Shown here piece after piece: positions 1 through 12,110 of a DNA stretch of 64,000 nt. A model generated the notes under the pieces. The model saw nothing but the letters and a program-made list of their open reading frames with translations, had not been told where the DNA came from and ran no database searches. The stretch is from contig NC_068983.1 of NCBI RefSeq assembly GCF_001194135.2, positions 23,294,182 to 23,358,181 of the forward strand, read 5' to 3'. The stretch comes from Octopus bimaculoides. Taxonomy: Eukaryota. The position numbers and the translations under genes are program-made. Position 1 is the stretch's first letter, and the number at the start of each line of letters is the position of its first letter.

Positions 1-406
1 ATTGATGTATCAATACCAGCAGATGACAATGTTTCTCTAAAAGAAATGGAAAAACTTTCAAAATACAAAGACCTGGAAATAGAGATAACTCGAATGTGGA
101 ATCTAAAAACAGAAACAATTCCTATCATAGTAGGTGCCTTAGGTATAATAAAAAAATATTCAGACAAATACATAACAAAAATAGCAGGACTTACAAATAT
201 ATATAACATACAGAAAATTGCACTACTGGGTACTGCACACATTCTACGCAAAACACTTTCAATACAGTAAACATAAGAGCACCACAGCAAACCACAGCAC
301 ATACCCAAGGCGCACAGAGCTGCGCTCGGTAGTGAAGTGAAAGCACGTTATAAAAATAAAACTACTGAATAATAATAATAATGATAATAATAGTAATAAT
401 AATAAT
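1..406 (+). mobile_element. 3' end of an R4/Dong-type non-LTR retrotransposon (restriction-like endonuclease C-terminus, 3' UTR, (AAT)n tail/target)
   Basis: Open frame 1-270: IDVSIPADDNVSLKEMEKLSKYKDLEIEITRMW...IVGALG...QKIALLGTAHILRK*, matching the RLE D..K..KY and GTAHILR motifs; followed by (AAT)n at 368-406. Confidence 0.8.
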
Positions 407-462
407 GTTTTATAAAGATTGTTGTTCATATGCACCACATGAGAGATGACTGCACTGGTATG

Positions 463-856
463 GTCATGTGATGTATATGGATGAGGACAGCTGTGTAAAA
501 AAGTGCCAATCTCTAACTGTGGAGGAGAACTGTGGAAGAGTTAGACTCAGGAAGAAGCAATGACAAGTGACTAAGACCTTTGGTGATATGCTGTGCTTGA
601 GAAGACTCATCAAGCCAAGTGAAATTGTAGTTGTGGTCAATGCCAGTGTCATGTAACTGGCACATAAAAACACCTATGCTGGTGACATGTAAAAAGCACC
701 CGTTACACTCTTGGAGGGATTGACATTAGGAAGGGCATCCAGCCATAGAAACTATGCCAAATCAGAATGAAACTTGGTGCGACTCTCTGGCTTACTGGCT
801 TTAGTCAAACCGTCTAACCCATGCCAGCATGGAAAGCAGATGCTAAATGATGATGA
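463..856 (+). mobile_element. RTE-clade LINE 3' fragment (RT C-terminus remnant, 3' UTR, (GAT)n tail)
   Basis: Same family as 28047-28796 and 34828-35875; ends tgccagcatggaaagcagatgctaaatgatgatga. Confidence 0.7.
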
Positions 857-974
857 CATAAATCTTCACGAAGGTAAATATACAATGAAAAGAATGTGAT
901 GCAATTTGTAATAGATAGTTTATTTAACAGTTTGAACAATATTTCAACAGCTTGTCTATCTTCTTCAGGTTAAT

Positions 975-1612
975 CATCGTCGTTTAACGTCCGCTTTCCA
1001 TGCTAGCATGTGTTGAACGATTTGACTGAGGACTGGTGAAACCAGATGGCTACACCAGGCTCCAATCTGATTTGGCAGAGTTTCTACAGCTGGATGCCTT
1101 TCCTAACGCCAATCACTCAGAGAGTGTAGTGGGTGCTTTTACGTGTCACCCGCACGAAGGCCAGTCAGGCGGTACTGGCAACGGCTATGCTCAAAATGGT
1201 GTATTTTATGTGCCACCCGCACAGGAGCCAGTCCAGGGGCACTGGCAACGATCTCGCTCGAAAATCCTTACACATGCCGCAGGCACAAGTGCCAGAAAGG
1301 NNNNNNNNNNCCTAACGCCAATCACTCAGAGAGTGTAGTGGGTGCTTTTACGTGTCACCCGCACGAAGGCCAGTCAGGCGGTACTGGCAACGGCTATGCT
1401 CAAAATGGTGTATTTTATGTGCCACCCGCACAGGAGCCAGTCCAGGGGCACTGGCAACGATCTCGCTCGAAAATCCTTACACATGCCGCAGGCACAAGTG
1501 CCAGAAAGGTGATGCTGGGCACAGGTGCCATCACAATTTCGCTTTCGCTTGCCCCAACAGGTCTTCGTAAGCTGAGTTTTGTGTCCAATGAAGGAGACGA
1601 TGTTGGCATGGG
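975..1612 (-). mobile_element. RTE-derived 3' UTR repeat copy, containing an assembly-duplicated 199 bp
   Basis: Reverse complement of the family 3' end (catcgtcgtttaacgtccgctttccatgctagcatg); 1102-1300 is identical to 1311-1509 across a 10-N gap. Confidence 0.75.
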
Positions 1613-2008
1613 TGCCAGTCATCGAATTTAATAATCCTTTCGAGTGTAGGCACAAAGCTTGAAATTTTGTGGGAGGGGCTAGTCTATTACATTGACCTCA
1701 GTACTCAACCGGTACTTTATTTTATCAACCCTGAAATGATTAAGGGCAAAGTCAACCTTGACAGAATTTGAACTCAGAATGTAAGGACGAGCTAAATGCT
1801 GCTAAGCAGTTTGTCCGGCATACTAATGACTGTGCCAACTCATCCCTGTTTCTCTTCTTACTTTACAACTCAGTTGCTAGCAATCCAGCTGTAAAAAAAT
1901 TATTCCAACAAGTGATTCATCTTCCCCCAGGGAAAGATAGATATAAAACAAAACAATATAATGTGAAAAGAAAATGACAATGTTTCAAACAAAAATGTAA
2001 ATATTTAC

Positions 2009-2079
2009 CATTTCATTTTAAGAAAGTTTTCACAAACAGGATGTGAAAGTAAATCTTCTCTTCCAAGTTTTGCCATCAT
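2009..2079 (-). CDS. TRPA1: TRPA1-like exon 17 (MMAKLGREDLLSHPVCENFLKMKW), pre-S1 helix
   Basis: ttccaaaag acceptor, GTAAAT donor, 71 nt; aligns to human AMVQNNRIELLNHPVCKEYLLMKW. Confidence 0.9.
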
Positions 2080-2316
2080 CTTTTGGAAGATATATAAAAA
2101 AAAATGTGATTAGTCATTTGTCATTTGAAATAATATTTCCATTGCTTTTAGTGAATGAAATTACATTAGTTGTTTTTGGTTCTAATTTGTTGAATGTAAA
2201 GTATTTTTATATTTATTCACACACACATACAAGAAGGCACATAGATGCTCATACATGCATGTACATACATGCATGCACATACATGCATGCACACACATAC
2301 ACACATAAATATTACA

Positions 2317-2548
2317 GGCGGTGAGCTGGCAGAAACGTTACCACGCCGGGCGAAATGCTTAGCGGTATTTCGTCTGCTGCTATGTTCTGAGTTCAAATTC
2401 CGCCGAGGTCCACTTTGCCTTTCATCCTTTCGGGGTCGATTAAATAAGTACCAGTTACACACTGGGGTCGATATAATCGACTTAATCCGTTTGTCTGTAC
2501 TTGTTTCTCCCCTCTGTGTGTAGCCCCTTGTGGGTAGTAAAGAAATAA
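2317..2548 (+). mobile_element. tRNA-derived SINE family B (central gcctttcatcctttcggggtcgat, Deu/Nin-like domain)
   Basis: Flanked by 14-bp direct repeat acacataaatatta (2301-2314, 2548-2561). Other copies near 9469-9700, 16583-16795, 22645-22830, 27838-28045, 52321-52410, 62494-62680, 63692-63885. Confidence 0.8.
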
Positions 2549-2570
2549 CACATAAATATTAAAAGATGGC

Positions 2571-2757
2571 TGATAGATAGATAGATAGATAGATAGATAT
2601 ATAGATAGAAGACAGACAGATGGACAAATGGATGGATGGGCAGACAGATGAATGGATGGATAGATGGATGGACAGACAGACAGAATGATAGACAGACAGA
2701 CAGACAGACAGACAGATAGTCAGACAGACAAACAGATAGTCAAATAGACAAACAAAT

Positions 2758-2820
<63 letters not shown>

Positions 2821-2900
2821 CAGTCAGACAGATGGATGGATGGACAGAGACAGATAGAGAGGTAATGAGACAGACAGATTAAATAGTTAGAGAGCTAGAT

Positions 2901-2955
<55 letters not shown>
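2571..2955. repeat. Compound (GATA)n/(GACA)n/(GATG)n microsatellite
   Basis: Directly visible tetranucleotide arrays. Confidence 0.95.
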
Positions 2956-3039
2956 GTGCCTGTCACTACTTCTCTACAGTAGTTTCATGGTAGCATCCAG
3001 GAATTTGGACATGGTGATCTTTTATCAAACTTTTGTCAT

Positions 3040-3570
3040 GGGAGGCAATGACAAGTGACTGAGGCCTTTGGACATATGTTGTGCTTGAGAAGACTTGGCA
3101 AGCCAAGTGAGACTGTAGCTGTGGTTTATGCCAGTGTCACATAACTGGCCCATTTAAGAGTATCCTTCAATCACTGGGCAATTTACTGTACTTGAGAAGA
3201 CCTGTTGAATCAACTGAAATCATTGCCGTGATCAATGCCAGTGCTGCCTGACGGGTTCCCATGCCAGTGGCACAAAAAAAGCATCATTCGAGTGTGGTCA
3301 TTACCAGTACCACCTGACTGGCTCACATGCTGGTGGCACGTAAAAAGCACCCTTTGATTGTGGTTGATGCCAGTACCGCCTAACTAGCCCCCATGCTGGT
3401 GGCATGTAAAAAGCACTCACTACACTCTCAGAGTGGTTGGCATCAGGAAGGGCTGTAGAAATCTTGCCAGATCAGATTGGAACCTGGTGCAGCCTCCTGG
3501 CTTGCGAGTCATCAGTCAAACCGTCCAAACCATGCCAGCATGGAAAGCGGATGTTAAATGATGATGAAGT
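3040..3570 (+). mobile_element. RTE-derived 3' fragment
   Basis: Same family 3' UTR ending gcatggaaagcggatgttaaatgatgatga. Confidence 0.7.
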
Positions 3571-3720
3571 GTTGAAGCAAAAGACAAGATAACAGATAAT
3601 ATTTATAAATCTAGACCCTGTAGGAGGTAGAAAAAGCTGAATCTGTGACAGATTGATGTTACTGGAGATGATGGAATACATATAATCAGGAGATTGAGTG
3701 TTGGGAGAAGAGAAATGGGG

Positions 3721-3800
3721 AGAAGAAGAAGAAGAAGAAGAAGAAGAAGAAGAAGAAGAAGAGCAACAACAACAACAACAACAACAGCAGCAAGAAAAAC
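3721..3800. repeat. (GAA)n-(CAA)n trinucleotide microsatellite
   Basis: Directly visible. Confidence 0.9.
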
Positions 3801-4029
3801 AGAAAGAAGAGAAATGAAGAAAGGAACAAGAGTAGAGGAGAAAAAGTGAAAAAAAAAAAATTGCAAGAATTAATAAAGAAGGGAAAAAATTGATTTATAA
3901 AAGCTTCTATCAATGATAATTTGATGAATTAAAAAATAGCAATATCTACTTACGNNNNNNNNNNATTGATTTATAAAAGCTTCTATCAATGATAATTTGA
4001 TGAATTAAAAAATAGCAATATCTACTTAC

Positions 4030-4125
4030 GACTAAGCAGAATAAAGGCCCAAAGTTTTCTTTCTGGGCTGGCTTCTTCTTGTGGTAAATAGCTGGATGCT
4101 GCATGTGTTTGAAGTTAAATTCAAT
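4030..4125 (-). CDS. TRPA1: TRPA1-like exon 16 (IEFNFKHMQHPAIYHKKKPAQKENFGPLFCLV)
   Basis: tttcaag acceptor, GTAAGT donor, 96 nt, phase 0/0; aligns to human IEYNFKYLQCPLEFTKK...EPLTALN. Confidence 0.9.
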
Positions 4126-5261
4126 CTTGAAATATTAAAAGGTGAAAAAAAAAAAAAAAAAAAAAATAAAATAAACCCCAATAAAAATAATTGATTTCTC
4201 AGATTGGCACACAGCTAGAAATTTTCAAGGAAAGATATAATTAATTCAACTTCAATATATTACTGGTACTTATTTTAAACTAATGAGTGACCTCTGTATG
4301 ATTGGAGAACCTTTTAAAATCTCCCTCAAATTACACTCACATCATTATCGTTATCTGTTTTCCATGGTGGTACGGACTGGATTGTTTGACAGGAGCTGGC
4401 AACCCAGAGGACTATGTCAGGCTCTACTGTCTGCTTTGGCATGGTTTCTATGGTTGGATGCCCTTCCTAATGCAACTGCTTTACAGAGTGTGCTGAGTAC
4501 TTTTTACATGACACCAGCACTGGTCCTTTTTATATGGCACCTTTAGTTCCTGAAGAACCATAGGGGAAACAAAGTATATTTTGTTGGACTAATGGCTGTG
4601 GATGAATATATCATACATACATAAATACACACACACACACATATATATATAATGTGTGCGTGTATTAGTCACAGCCTTACATTATATTGCGCAAATATAT
4701 GATAAAATGAAATTAAAGCAAAATATTACTGGTACCTATTTGTTTTTAGCTGCAGCAGGCATGAAAGACAAATCTAAGTCAGTCAGTTTCAACTGTCTTT
4801 AACAATGCAACAAATGAAGTACCACTGTGTAGCTGAAGACTGAATCTTTGGATTCATATCTACTACATGCCAAGAAATCTTAAAAACACATTGAAATTTA
4901 GAAGTAGTTATTAATGTGTGAAGCATGAGGAGAGAATTAAGTGGGAATTGAAGTCACATTGCACAAAACACCATCATCCTTCAGGATGGTTGAACAACCA
5001 ATCCTAACCAGTTAGGATCCACAGTATGCATTATACTGTTCATTTTTTGATCCTTGAGTACAAAACATGACTCACGAGACTCCTGTTTGGGTGATTTTAC
5101 ATGGTTTTGGAAACGTATTGCCATTCTTATAGCACAGTTATTAAATGATTCAAATCATGGACTTAAAATGTATCCATCAAACAATAGTTATTTTAAGTTC
5201 TAATGACTTATAGAACAAATGTAATGAACCAACTCTATCATGATATAAAGACAAAACTTAC

Positions 5262-5321
5262 ATAAAAATGATAGCTCTTTGGTTGATGACTTGAAGAAGT
5301 CTGGCATCGATCTAAGACAGC
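5262..5321 (-). CDS. TRPA1: TRPA1-like exon 15 (AVLDRCQTSSSHQPKSYHFY)
   Basis: ccttctag acceptor, GTAAGT donor, 60 nt; aligns to human VLLDFCMLHSTEDKSCRDYY. Confidence 0.9.
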
Positions 5322-6405
5322 CTAGAAGGATAGATTCAAATAATGTAGTAAAGAATAAAAACATGGAACCATAGTTTTGCAGTGGATATCTTCTAGGTAT
5401 GGCTATATTGTTAAGAAGTTTGCTTTGCAACCATATGATTTCAAGTTCAGTCCCACTATGTAGTACCTTGGGCTACACAATGGGACATAGTGTCTTCTTA
5501 GTGCTACATAGTGTCTTCTTCTTTAGCCCTGTGTTGAAATGATTTGTCAATTGAGGCGAGAGAGCAAATCGATTACGGTGACCTTAGTCCTCAATTGATA
5601 TTATTTTATTGACCTTGTAAAGAGAAAAGGCAAAGTTGACCTTGGTGCTATTTGAACTTAGAATGTAAAGACAGATGAAATGTTACTAAGCATTTTGTCT
5701 GGCATGCTAACAGTTCTGCCTGCTTGCCACCTCTAAACTGCTAAATGATACTGGTTGATAACCCCCATCCTGTGGAAACTATTTACAGCTAGATAAACAG
5801 GAACAATTTGAGAATTGTCTTTACCTCAAATGCATTACAGTGCAAACCATAAGATATATGTGATGACATGTCATCTGGTTTACTGATGTTCAACCAAGCC
5901 AGCCATCTATACTTTGAAATCCTAAATCAATAATTCTCAATAACAGTTATTGTATTTGATGGCACATAAGATAAACATTTAAAGAAACAAGTCTCAAAAC
6001 AATACTCTGCATATGAAATTGGTCCTATTATTATTATATGGCTTTAATACACAAAAAATTTTTCCCCTGAATATGCACAACTGAAATTAGTGTGCATCTA
6101 ATATACCCATATGTCTTTAATACCATTAAATACAGATTTTGAAGTTACTACATAAATCTTCTAGTGATTGATTCATGACAAAATATATGTCAAACCATTA
6201 AAATCTTTTCATAGCTGTGTAGGTCTCCATTCTTCATAACCCTTAATTTCTTATAGCTTCTCATCTTCAATATTCTTATATGATATTACAAAATCTACAT
6301 TAATCTTTCCATTATGAGATCATGTAAACATTATGTGATAAAACTTGATTTTAATTAAGATTAATAAACTTCAAATCATTGCCATCTTTTTAGGGATTGT
6401 AGATA

Positions 6406-6626
6406 TATGAGCGGGTACTGAAAAGTTCCTGGTTTTAAGGGTATTGCAAAAGTCTTGGTTGGAGGCCCAACTTTCTGAGTTCTCTTACAGGGCTTAGGAA
6501 AACTGAAGGACTACTGCAACAAGTGTGTGAATCTGTGTTGGATCTATATTGGATAAACTCACAATTAACTGATCCTCCTGTATTTTCTTTTACCCAAAGC
6601 CAGGAACTTTTTAGCACCCCCTCATA
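6406..6626. mobile_element. Internally deleted mariner-type MITE
   Basis: About 30-bp imperfect TIRs (tgagcgggtactgaaaagttcctgg / ccaggaactttttagcaccccctca) with TA on both sides; internal remnant of a mariner C-terminus (KLKDYCNKCV). Confidence 0.75.
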
Positions 6627-6937
6627 TGTCTGTTTATAGTTGTACATGTATTTACAGTTCCATCATATCATAAGAAGAACGTAGAAAATGAAATTAGTAC
6701 CAAATGAAGTAGCCCAGTAAGGATTATTAGTTTGTTTAAGATTACCCACATGGTGATTCACTCAATTTGAGTGTTATAATCAACATAATATTATGCTTAG
6801 CAACTGGAATCAGTCCATGACATATATGAGAATATTACTTATAGTATTTATAATAATAATATAACAGTGAATGATAACAAAAGAGCACAAAATGATATGG
6901 ATTAGCTGAGAGTCATAAATGAAACTGACTTGCTCAC

Positions 6938-7022
6938 CATACAAACTTCAGGAAGTTGTCGAACAAGGCCAATCATTGGCCAGCCATACAACACAGAATA
7001 TAGCTCCATACATTCCTCCCAT
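6938..7022 (-). CDS. TRPA1: TRPA1-like exon 14 (WEECMELYSVLYGWPMIGLVRQLPEVCM)
   Basis: ttttacag acceptor, GTGAG donor, 85 nt, phase 2/0; aligns to human WDECLKIF...KCPITEMIEYLPECM. Confidence 0.9.
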
Positions 7023-7854
7023 CTGTAAAATATCAATAACAATAACAACAATAATTGTTTCAAATTTTGGTATAAGGCCAACAATTTTTTTTGTGAGTGG
7101 GGGGTGGGGGGTAGCTGATTGCATCAATCCCAGTACTTGACTGGTACTTTATTTTATCAACCCTGAAAGGATGAATGTCTATGTGTTTAAGGAGTTTGCT
7201 TTGAAACCATATAGTTCCAAAGGAGAGATGTGTGACTCAGGAGTGCCTGAGTGGGGATGATGCCAATTCTGAGTATCAGTGGCCACTAATCTATGTAGAA
7301 AAAGTAAACAGAGATGAGATAGCATGCCTCTGAACCAGATGTATGTTGATAATCAACTTTGTGTTAATCAGGTGGTAGGTTGTTCTTCTTTAGAATGCAT
7401 GGTGCATTAAAGAGCTACCTAGAAAATATTACATGGTGGGGAAAAAAAGAATGATATTAGTAGTGGGTGCTTTTACGTTCAGGCGGTACTGGCAATGGCC
7501 ATGCTCAAAATGGTGTATTTTACGTGCCACCTGCACAGGAGCCAGTCCAGCGGCACTGGCAACAATGACTTTGCAAATTCTTTGTAGGCATCATTGATGC
7601 TTCTTGACCAACTTCACTCATGTTCTAAGCTTCATTGTCACAGAGAACCATTGGAAGAACTATTGTACAATAAAATTGTACCTTCACTATTCTAGAATAC
7701 AGCCCCTGTTTTGAAAATTCTACAATTCACATTACATCCTATTTACAGAAAGCGCTGTGAAGAACAGAATAGTCAAGTTAATATTATCACATTCAATGGA
7801 GGCTAACAAGAAACATTTGCATAGCAATGAAGAAAGAAACAAAGAAGTTTTTAC

Positions 7855-8021
7855 CTTTCATGTAAAACTACTGCCATTGCTGCATCATGATGTTTGTTAC
7901 AAATAATATAATCAAAAAAGGTTTTCTCTTTATCATTGGAATCAAGTTTGGCTCTGAGAGTTAACAGAAAGTTTACCATTGCTGCATGCCCTTCAGCAGC
8001 AGTGACATGAAGGGGTGTGTC
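7855..8021 (-). CDS. TRPA1: TRPA1-like exon 13 (DTPLHVTAAEGHAAMVNFLLTLRAKLDSNDKEKTFFDYIICNKHHDAAMAVVLHER)
   Basis: atttttag acceptor, GTAAAA donor, 167 nt; last two ankyrin repeats. Confidence 0.92.
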
Positions 8022-8053
8022 CTAAAAATAAAAATTTAAGTCATTGATATTTC

Positions 8054-8102
<49 letters not shown>

Positions 8103-8504
8103 ATATGTATGTATGTGTGTGTGTGTTGTATATATATATGTGTGTTTTAATCCAAAATGGAAACAAACACCAATTTCTCTATGTGATCGACTTGAAGAAT
8201 TGTTAAGATATTTTCTTAACATGTAAACAATCGTAGCCTTAATACACAAATACAGAATTTTTATCCACCAATGTGTATATATATAGTATACATAAATCAC
8301 AGTATGTGTGTGTATATTGACTAACACATACATTTCCACAATTCTCAACCAATTTACATCAAACTTTACATACACATTACTTATGTGCCAAGGATGGCCA
8401 TGCACTATAACATTTTGCCCAGAGCTCCTGTGTAAAAGGACAAACCAGGAAAAACAGTGGTTTACATGGGTTCTTTCTCTAATTCCTTGTATTATTCTTT
8501 TATT

Positions 8505-8887
8505 CTTTTACTTGTTTCAGTCATTTGACTGGAGCCATGTTGGAGCACTGCCTTTAGTCGAACAAATCGACCCCAGGACTTATTTTTTGTAAGCCTAGTA
8601 CTTATTCTATCAATCTCTTTTGCCGAACTGCTAAGTTACAGGGACATATGCACACCTGTATCAGTTGTCAAGCAATGTAGGGGGCCAAACACAGACACAC
8701 AAGCATACACACACACAGATATACAACAGGATTCTTTCAGTTCCCATCTACCAAATCCACTCACAAGGCTTTGGTCGGCCCAAGGCTATAATAGAAGACA
8801 CTTGCCCAAGGTTCCACACAGTGAGACTGAACCTGGAACCATGTGGTTGGTAAGCAAGCTACTTACCACACAGCCACTCCTGTGCCT
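8505..8887 (-). mobile_element. tRNA-derived SINE family A (about 400 bp, internal (TA)n/(TG)n tract, gagtaaaa tail)
   Basis: Head ggcgcaggagtggctgtgtggtaag with tRNA A/B-box-like motifs; recurs many times in the window. Confidence 0.8.
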
Positions 8888-9035
8888 ATAAGCTACTTAC
8901 CACACATCCACTCCTGTGTCTATATTATGGTTATATAAAACATTTATAATTAATTATATTATGATTATATAAAATGTCTATAATTGATTAAATTAATATT
9001 TTACATATTAACTATATAAAGCATTTAGATCTTAC

Positions 9036-9150
9036 TCTGTTTAGATTTTTAGAGTCCAAGATATTGGGGTAAATATCCAAAAGTAGTCGCGCAGTTTGTG
9101 TGTATCCATTCTTTGCTGCTAAATGAAGGGGCGTGTTGCCATCATTGTCT
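9036..9150 (-). CDS. TRPA1: TRPA1-like exon 12 (DNDGNTPLHLAAKNGYTQTARLLLDIYPNILDSKNLNR)
   Basis: tatcttag acceptor, GTAAGA donor, 115 nt, phase 2/0; ankyrin TPLH motif. Confidence 0.92.
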
Positions 9151-10053
9151 CTAAGATAAAAAAAGGAAAGAAAAGATAGAAAGAAAGTAGGACAAGAGGA
9201 GACAGGTGGGGCAGGGAGTCACTGAAGAGGTCACAGTATGTGTGATGAAAAAACTTTGAGAAATAAATTAAGAGTAATTATAATAAAGCTAAAGAAAAGA
9301 TCAAATAAATAGTGTGTGTTCAATTGACAAAAGATGACCACACCCAAGTATAACAATAATGAAAGAAATATTCTAATTTAATTTCTTCTCACATCAGAAA
9401 AACTAAATATACATGTGTACAACTATCCATACACGATGACGACGATGACAACGATGAAAGAAACCGAAAGGCAGTGAGCTGGCAGAAACGTTAGCACACC
9501 GGGCAAAATGCTTAGCGGTATTTCGTCTGCCATTACATTCTGAGTTCAAATTCCGCCGAGGTCAACTTTGCCTTTCATCCTTTCGGGGTCGATAAATTCA
9601 GTACCAGTTACACACTGGGGTTGATATAATTGACTTAATCCCTTTGTCTGTCCTTGTTTGTCCCCTCTATGTTTAGCCCCTTGTGGGCAGTAAAGAAATA
9701 AGAAACTGAAAGAAGCTCATTGTGTATGTATGTATGTGTGTGTGGGTGTGTGTATTTGTGTTCTTGTCTTGGCATCACTTGATAATAGTAAATGAATGTC
9801 ACTGTCATACAAGCAGTGCTGTTTATTTCCAATATTTAGCAGGTCGATTTTGCCTTTCATCGTTTCGGGGTCGATAAATTAAGTACCAGTTGTGTACTGA
9901 GGTCGATCTAATTGACTGGCACCCTCCCCATAAATTTCGGGCCTTGTGCCTAGAGTAGAAAAGAATATTCTACAAAAGCATATCTGACCATAGGGAAATA
10001 TTACTTTGCTTAGGAAACAGGTGAGGATTGGTGACAGGAAGGGCACTCAGCTA

Positions 10054-10183
10054 TACAGGGTGTCCACAAAGTCTGGGTACATGGGATTAACACATACTTT
10101 AAGAAATTATTATTTCTTGTATTTAATTGTTTATGTTATGATTTTATTTACCCCATGTACCCAGACCTTGTGGACACCCTGTA
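10054..10183. mobile_element. Tc1/mariner-type MITE nested in an older repeat
   Basis: TA-cagggtgtccacaaagtctgggtacatggg...cccatgtacccagaccttgtggacaccctg-TA; splits the repeat motif cagc(ta)gaaaa. Confidence 0.85.
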
Positions 10184-10333
10184 GAAAACCTGCCTCAATA
10201 AACTCTGTCCAAACTCTCTTCAAGTATGGAAAAGAGAATGTTAAAATGATGATGGTAACCTTATGCAAGACATAGAAATGATTTAAAAAAAAAATATCAG
10301 GATAATATATATTAAAGAAAAATCAATACTTAC

Positions 10334-10498
10334 TTATATATTACTGCACCCTTCCTTAGCAAAAGTGATACCAGCTTGGTATGACCATTCTGAGAAGCCA
10401 GATGAAGAGCAGTCTGATTCATGTTATCCATCTCGTTTAACATTGTAGATCCATCTTTACCCGTGATGAGTCGCACACATGTGTTAAAGCGACCATAT
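10334..10498 (-). CDS. TRPA1: TRPA1-like exon 11 (YGRFNTCVRLITGKDGSTMLNEMDNMNQTALHLASQNGHTKLVSLLLRKGAVIY)
   Basis: ctatcaaag acceptor, GTAAGT donor, 165 nt, phase 2/2; aligns to human YGRINTCQRLL...LHLAAKNGH. Confidence 0.95.
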
Positions 10499-10753
10499 CT
10501 TTGATAGAAAACAAGGCAAGCATATTTATAAGAAGCAGTTCAACATTTCGAAGTTGATACATACATACATAATTACATGTTGGTATATACATACACACAC
10601 ACATTGGAAAAGTGGATGTTAAATGATGATGATGATGATGAGAAACATAAGATTAAAGAAATTAAACACATTTAGAACTGATGTGAAAATAAAAATTCAG
10701 ATTAAATGTTGATGATATTTCCTAAGTATTTGCTTAATATAACTGAAACATAC

Positions 10754-10917
10754 CTGGATGCAAGGTGAAATGGTGACTGTTCATTATTGTTTTTCAAATT
10801 AACAATAGCCCCAAGTTTCATTAAGTCATCAATAGCAGTTAAATGACCCATTTTAGCAGCATAATGCAGTGGTGTCCAACCACTTATGTCTCTTTCATTT
10901 AGTAGATCTTTACTGTG
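10754..10917 (-). CDS. TRPA1: TRPA1-like exon 10 (HSKDLLNERDISGWTPLHYAAKMGHLTAIDDLMKLGAIVNLKNNNEQSPFHLAS)
   Basis: tttttcag acceptor, GTATGT donor, 164 nt, phase 0/2. Confidence 0.95.
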
Positions 10918-11315
10918 CTGAAAAAGGGAGAAAATATTCTTTACAGATTCTAAACAAGGAAATTTTAAAATTTCAAATTGAATGTTCTCTGAGTCAAATC
11001 ATAAAATTACTAGAATAATTAAAATAATATCACTGTTTAATGAATAATATACTTTTCTCATCACATAATTATTTCAAATTAGCATTTTAATGCTACTGAA
11101 CTAAATATAGTGCTAACAACTCAACCATTATTTTCATACAAATGGCATTCCTGAGTAATTTCTCACAAAATTCATCATTATAATAGGTTTCATTTAACAG
11201 ACTATGACTCTTCTCAATTAAGAAATCAATTAATCCACTAAGTTAAGGCTCATTAACTCCACTCACAGACCATATTTTATCTATATTATTTGAAGAGAAA
11301 CAGAAGTATTCATAC

Positions 11316-11516
11316 TTTCCTCAAGGAATTCCAAAACAAATTTAAATGGGATCCATTTTCAATTGCCAGGTGAAGGAAATTCCGATAGCTTTCATCTTTC
11401 ACTAATAAATTTGCACCTCTTTTAATTAAAACCTGAACCATTTCCCAATGTCCTTTACTTGCAGCTAAAAGAAAAGGAGTTCGGCCACGAGAATCCAGTG
11501 CATTAATGTCAGCACC
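11316..11516 (-). CDS. TRPA1: TRPA1-like exon 9 (GADINALDSRGRTPFLLAASKGHWEMVQVLIKRGANLLVKDESYRNFLHLAIENGSHLNLFWNSLRK)
   Basis: ttttttgaag acceptor, GTATGA donor, 201 nt; aligns to human GADIN..DSEGRSPLILATAS...GRNFLHL. Confidence 0.95.
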
Positions 11517-11789
11517 CTTCAAAAAAAGAAAGAAAAAAATATGTTATATATTTATCAATATAATTGACTGGATTATGATAGAGTCATTCTGGCATTTTTA
11601 AATACATGTTTTATTATATACCCAACCATTTTTGTCCCAGCATCATATAATATTAAGTATGAAAGCCTTTCATTGTACATTTACTAAATAGTTGTTGATA
11701 TTCCATTCCACTGTTTCTTGCTACATCACTGTATTTCAGTGGAAAATCAGTAACTAGATCATAATTAATGTTATGTACTTCTTCTCTTT

Positions 11790-12110
11790 AACGTCCACTT
11801 TCCGTGCTAGCATGTGTTGGACGATTTGACTGAGGACTGGTGAACCAGATGGCTACACCAGGCTCCAATCTGATTTGGCAGAGTTTCTACAGCTGGATGC
11901 CCTTCCTAACGCCAACCACTCCAAGAGTGAAGTGGGTGCTTTTACGTGCCACCAGCACGAAGGCCAATCAGGCAGTACTGGCAACGGCCACGCTCAAAAT
12001 GGTGTATTTTTCGTGCCATCTGCACAGGAGCCAGTCCAACGGCACTGGCAATGATCTCGCTCAAATGTCTTTTCACGTGCCAACAACAAATAAATGTAAC
12101 AACCATCACC
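11790..12110 (-). mobile_element. RTE-derived 3' UTR repeat copy
   Basis: Near-identical to the 975-1300 copy. Confidence 0.75.

Noticed and set aside
1102-1509. Exact 199-bp tandem duplication
   Set aside because: Identical copies on either side of a 10-N gap: unmerged contig overlap, not biology.
3889-4030. Exact 66-bp duplication including the exon 16 donor (apparent duplicated splice site)
   Set aside because: Again flanks a 10-N gap; assembly overlap artefact.
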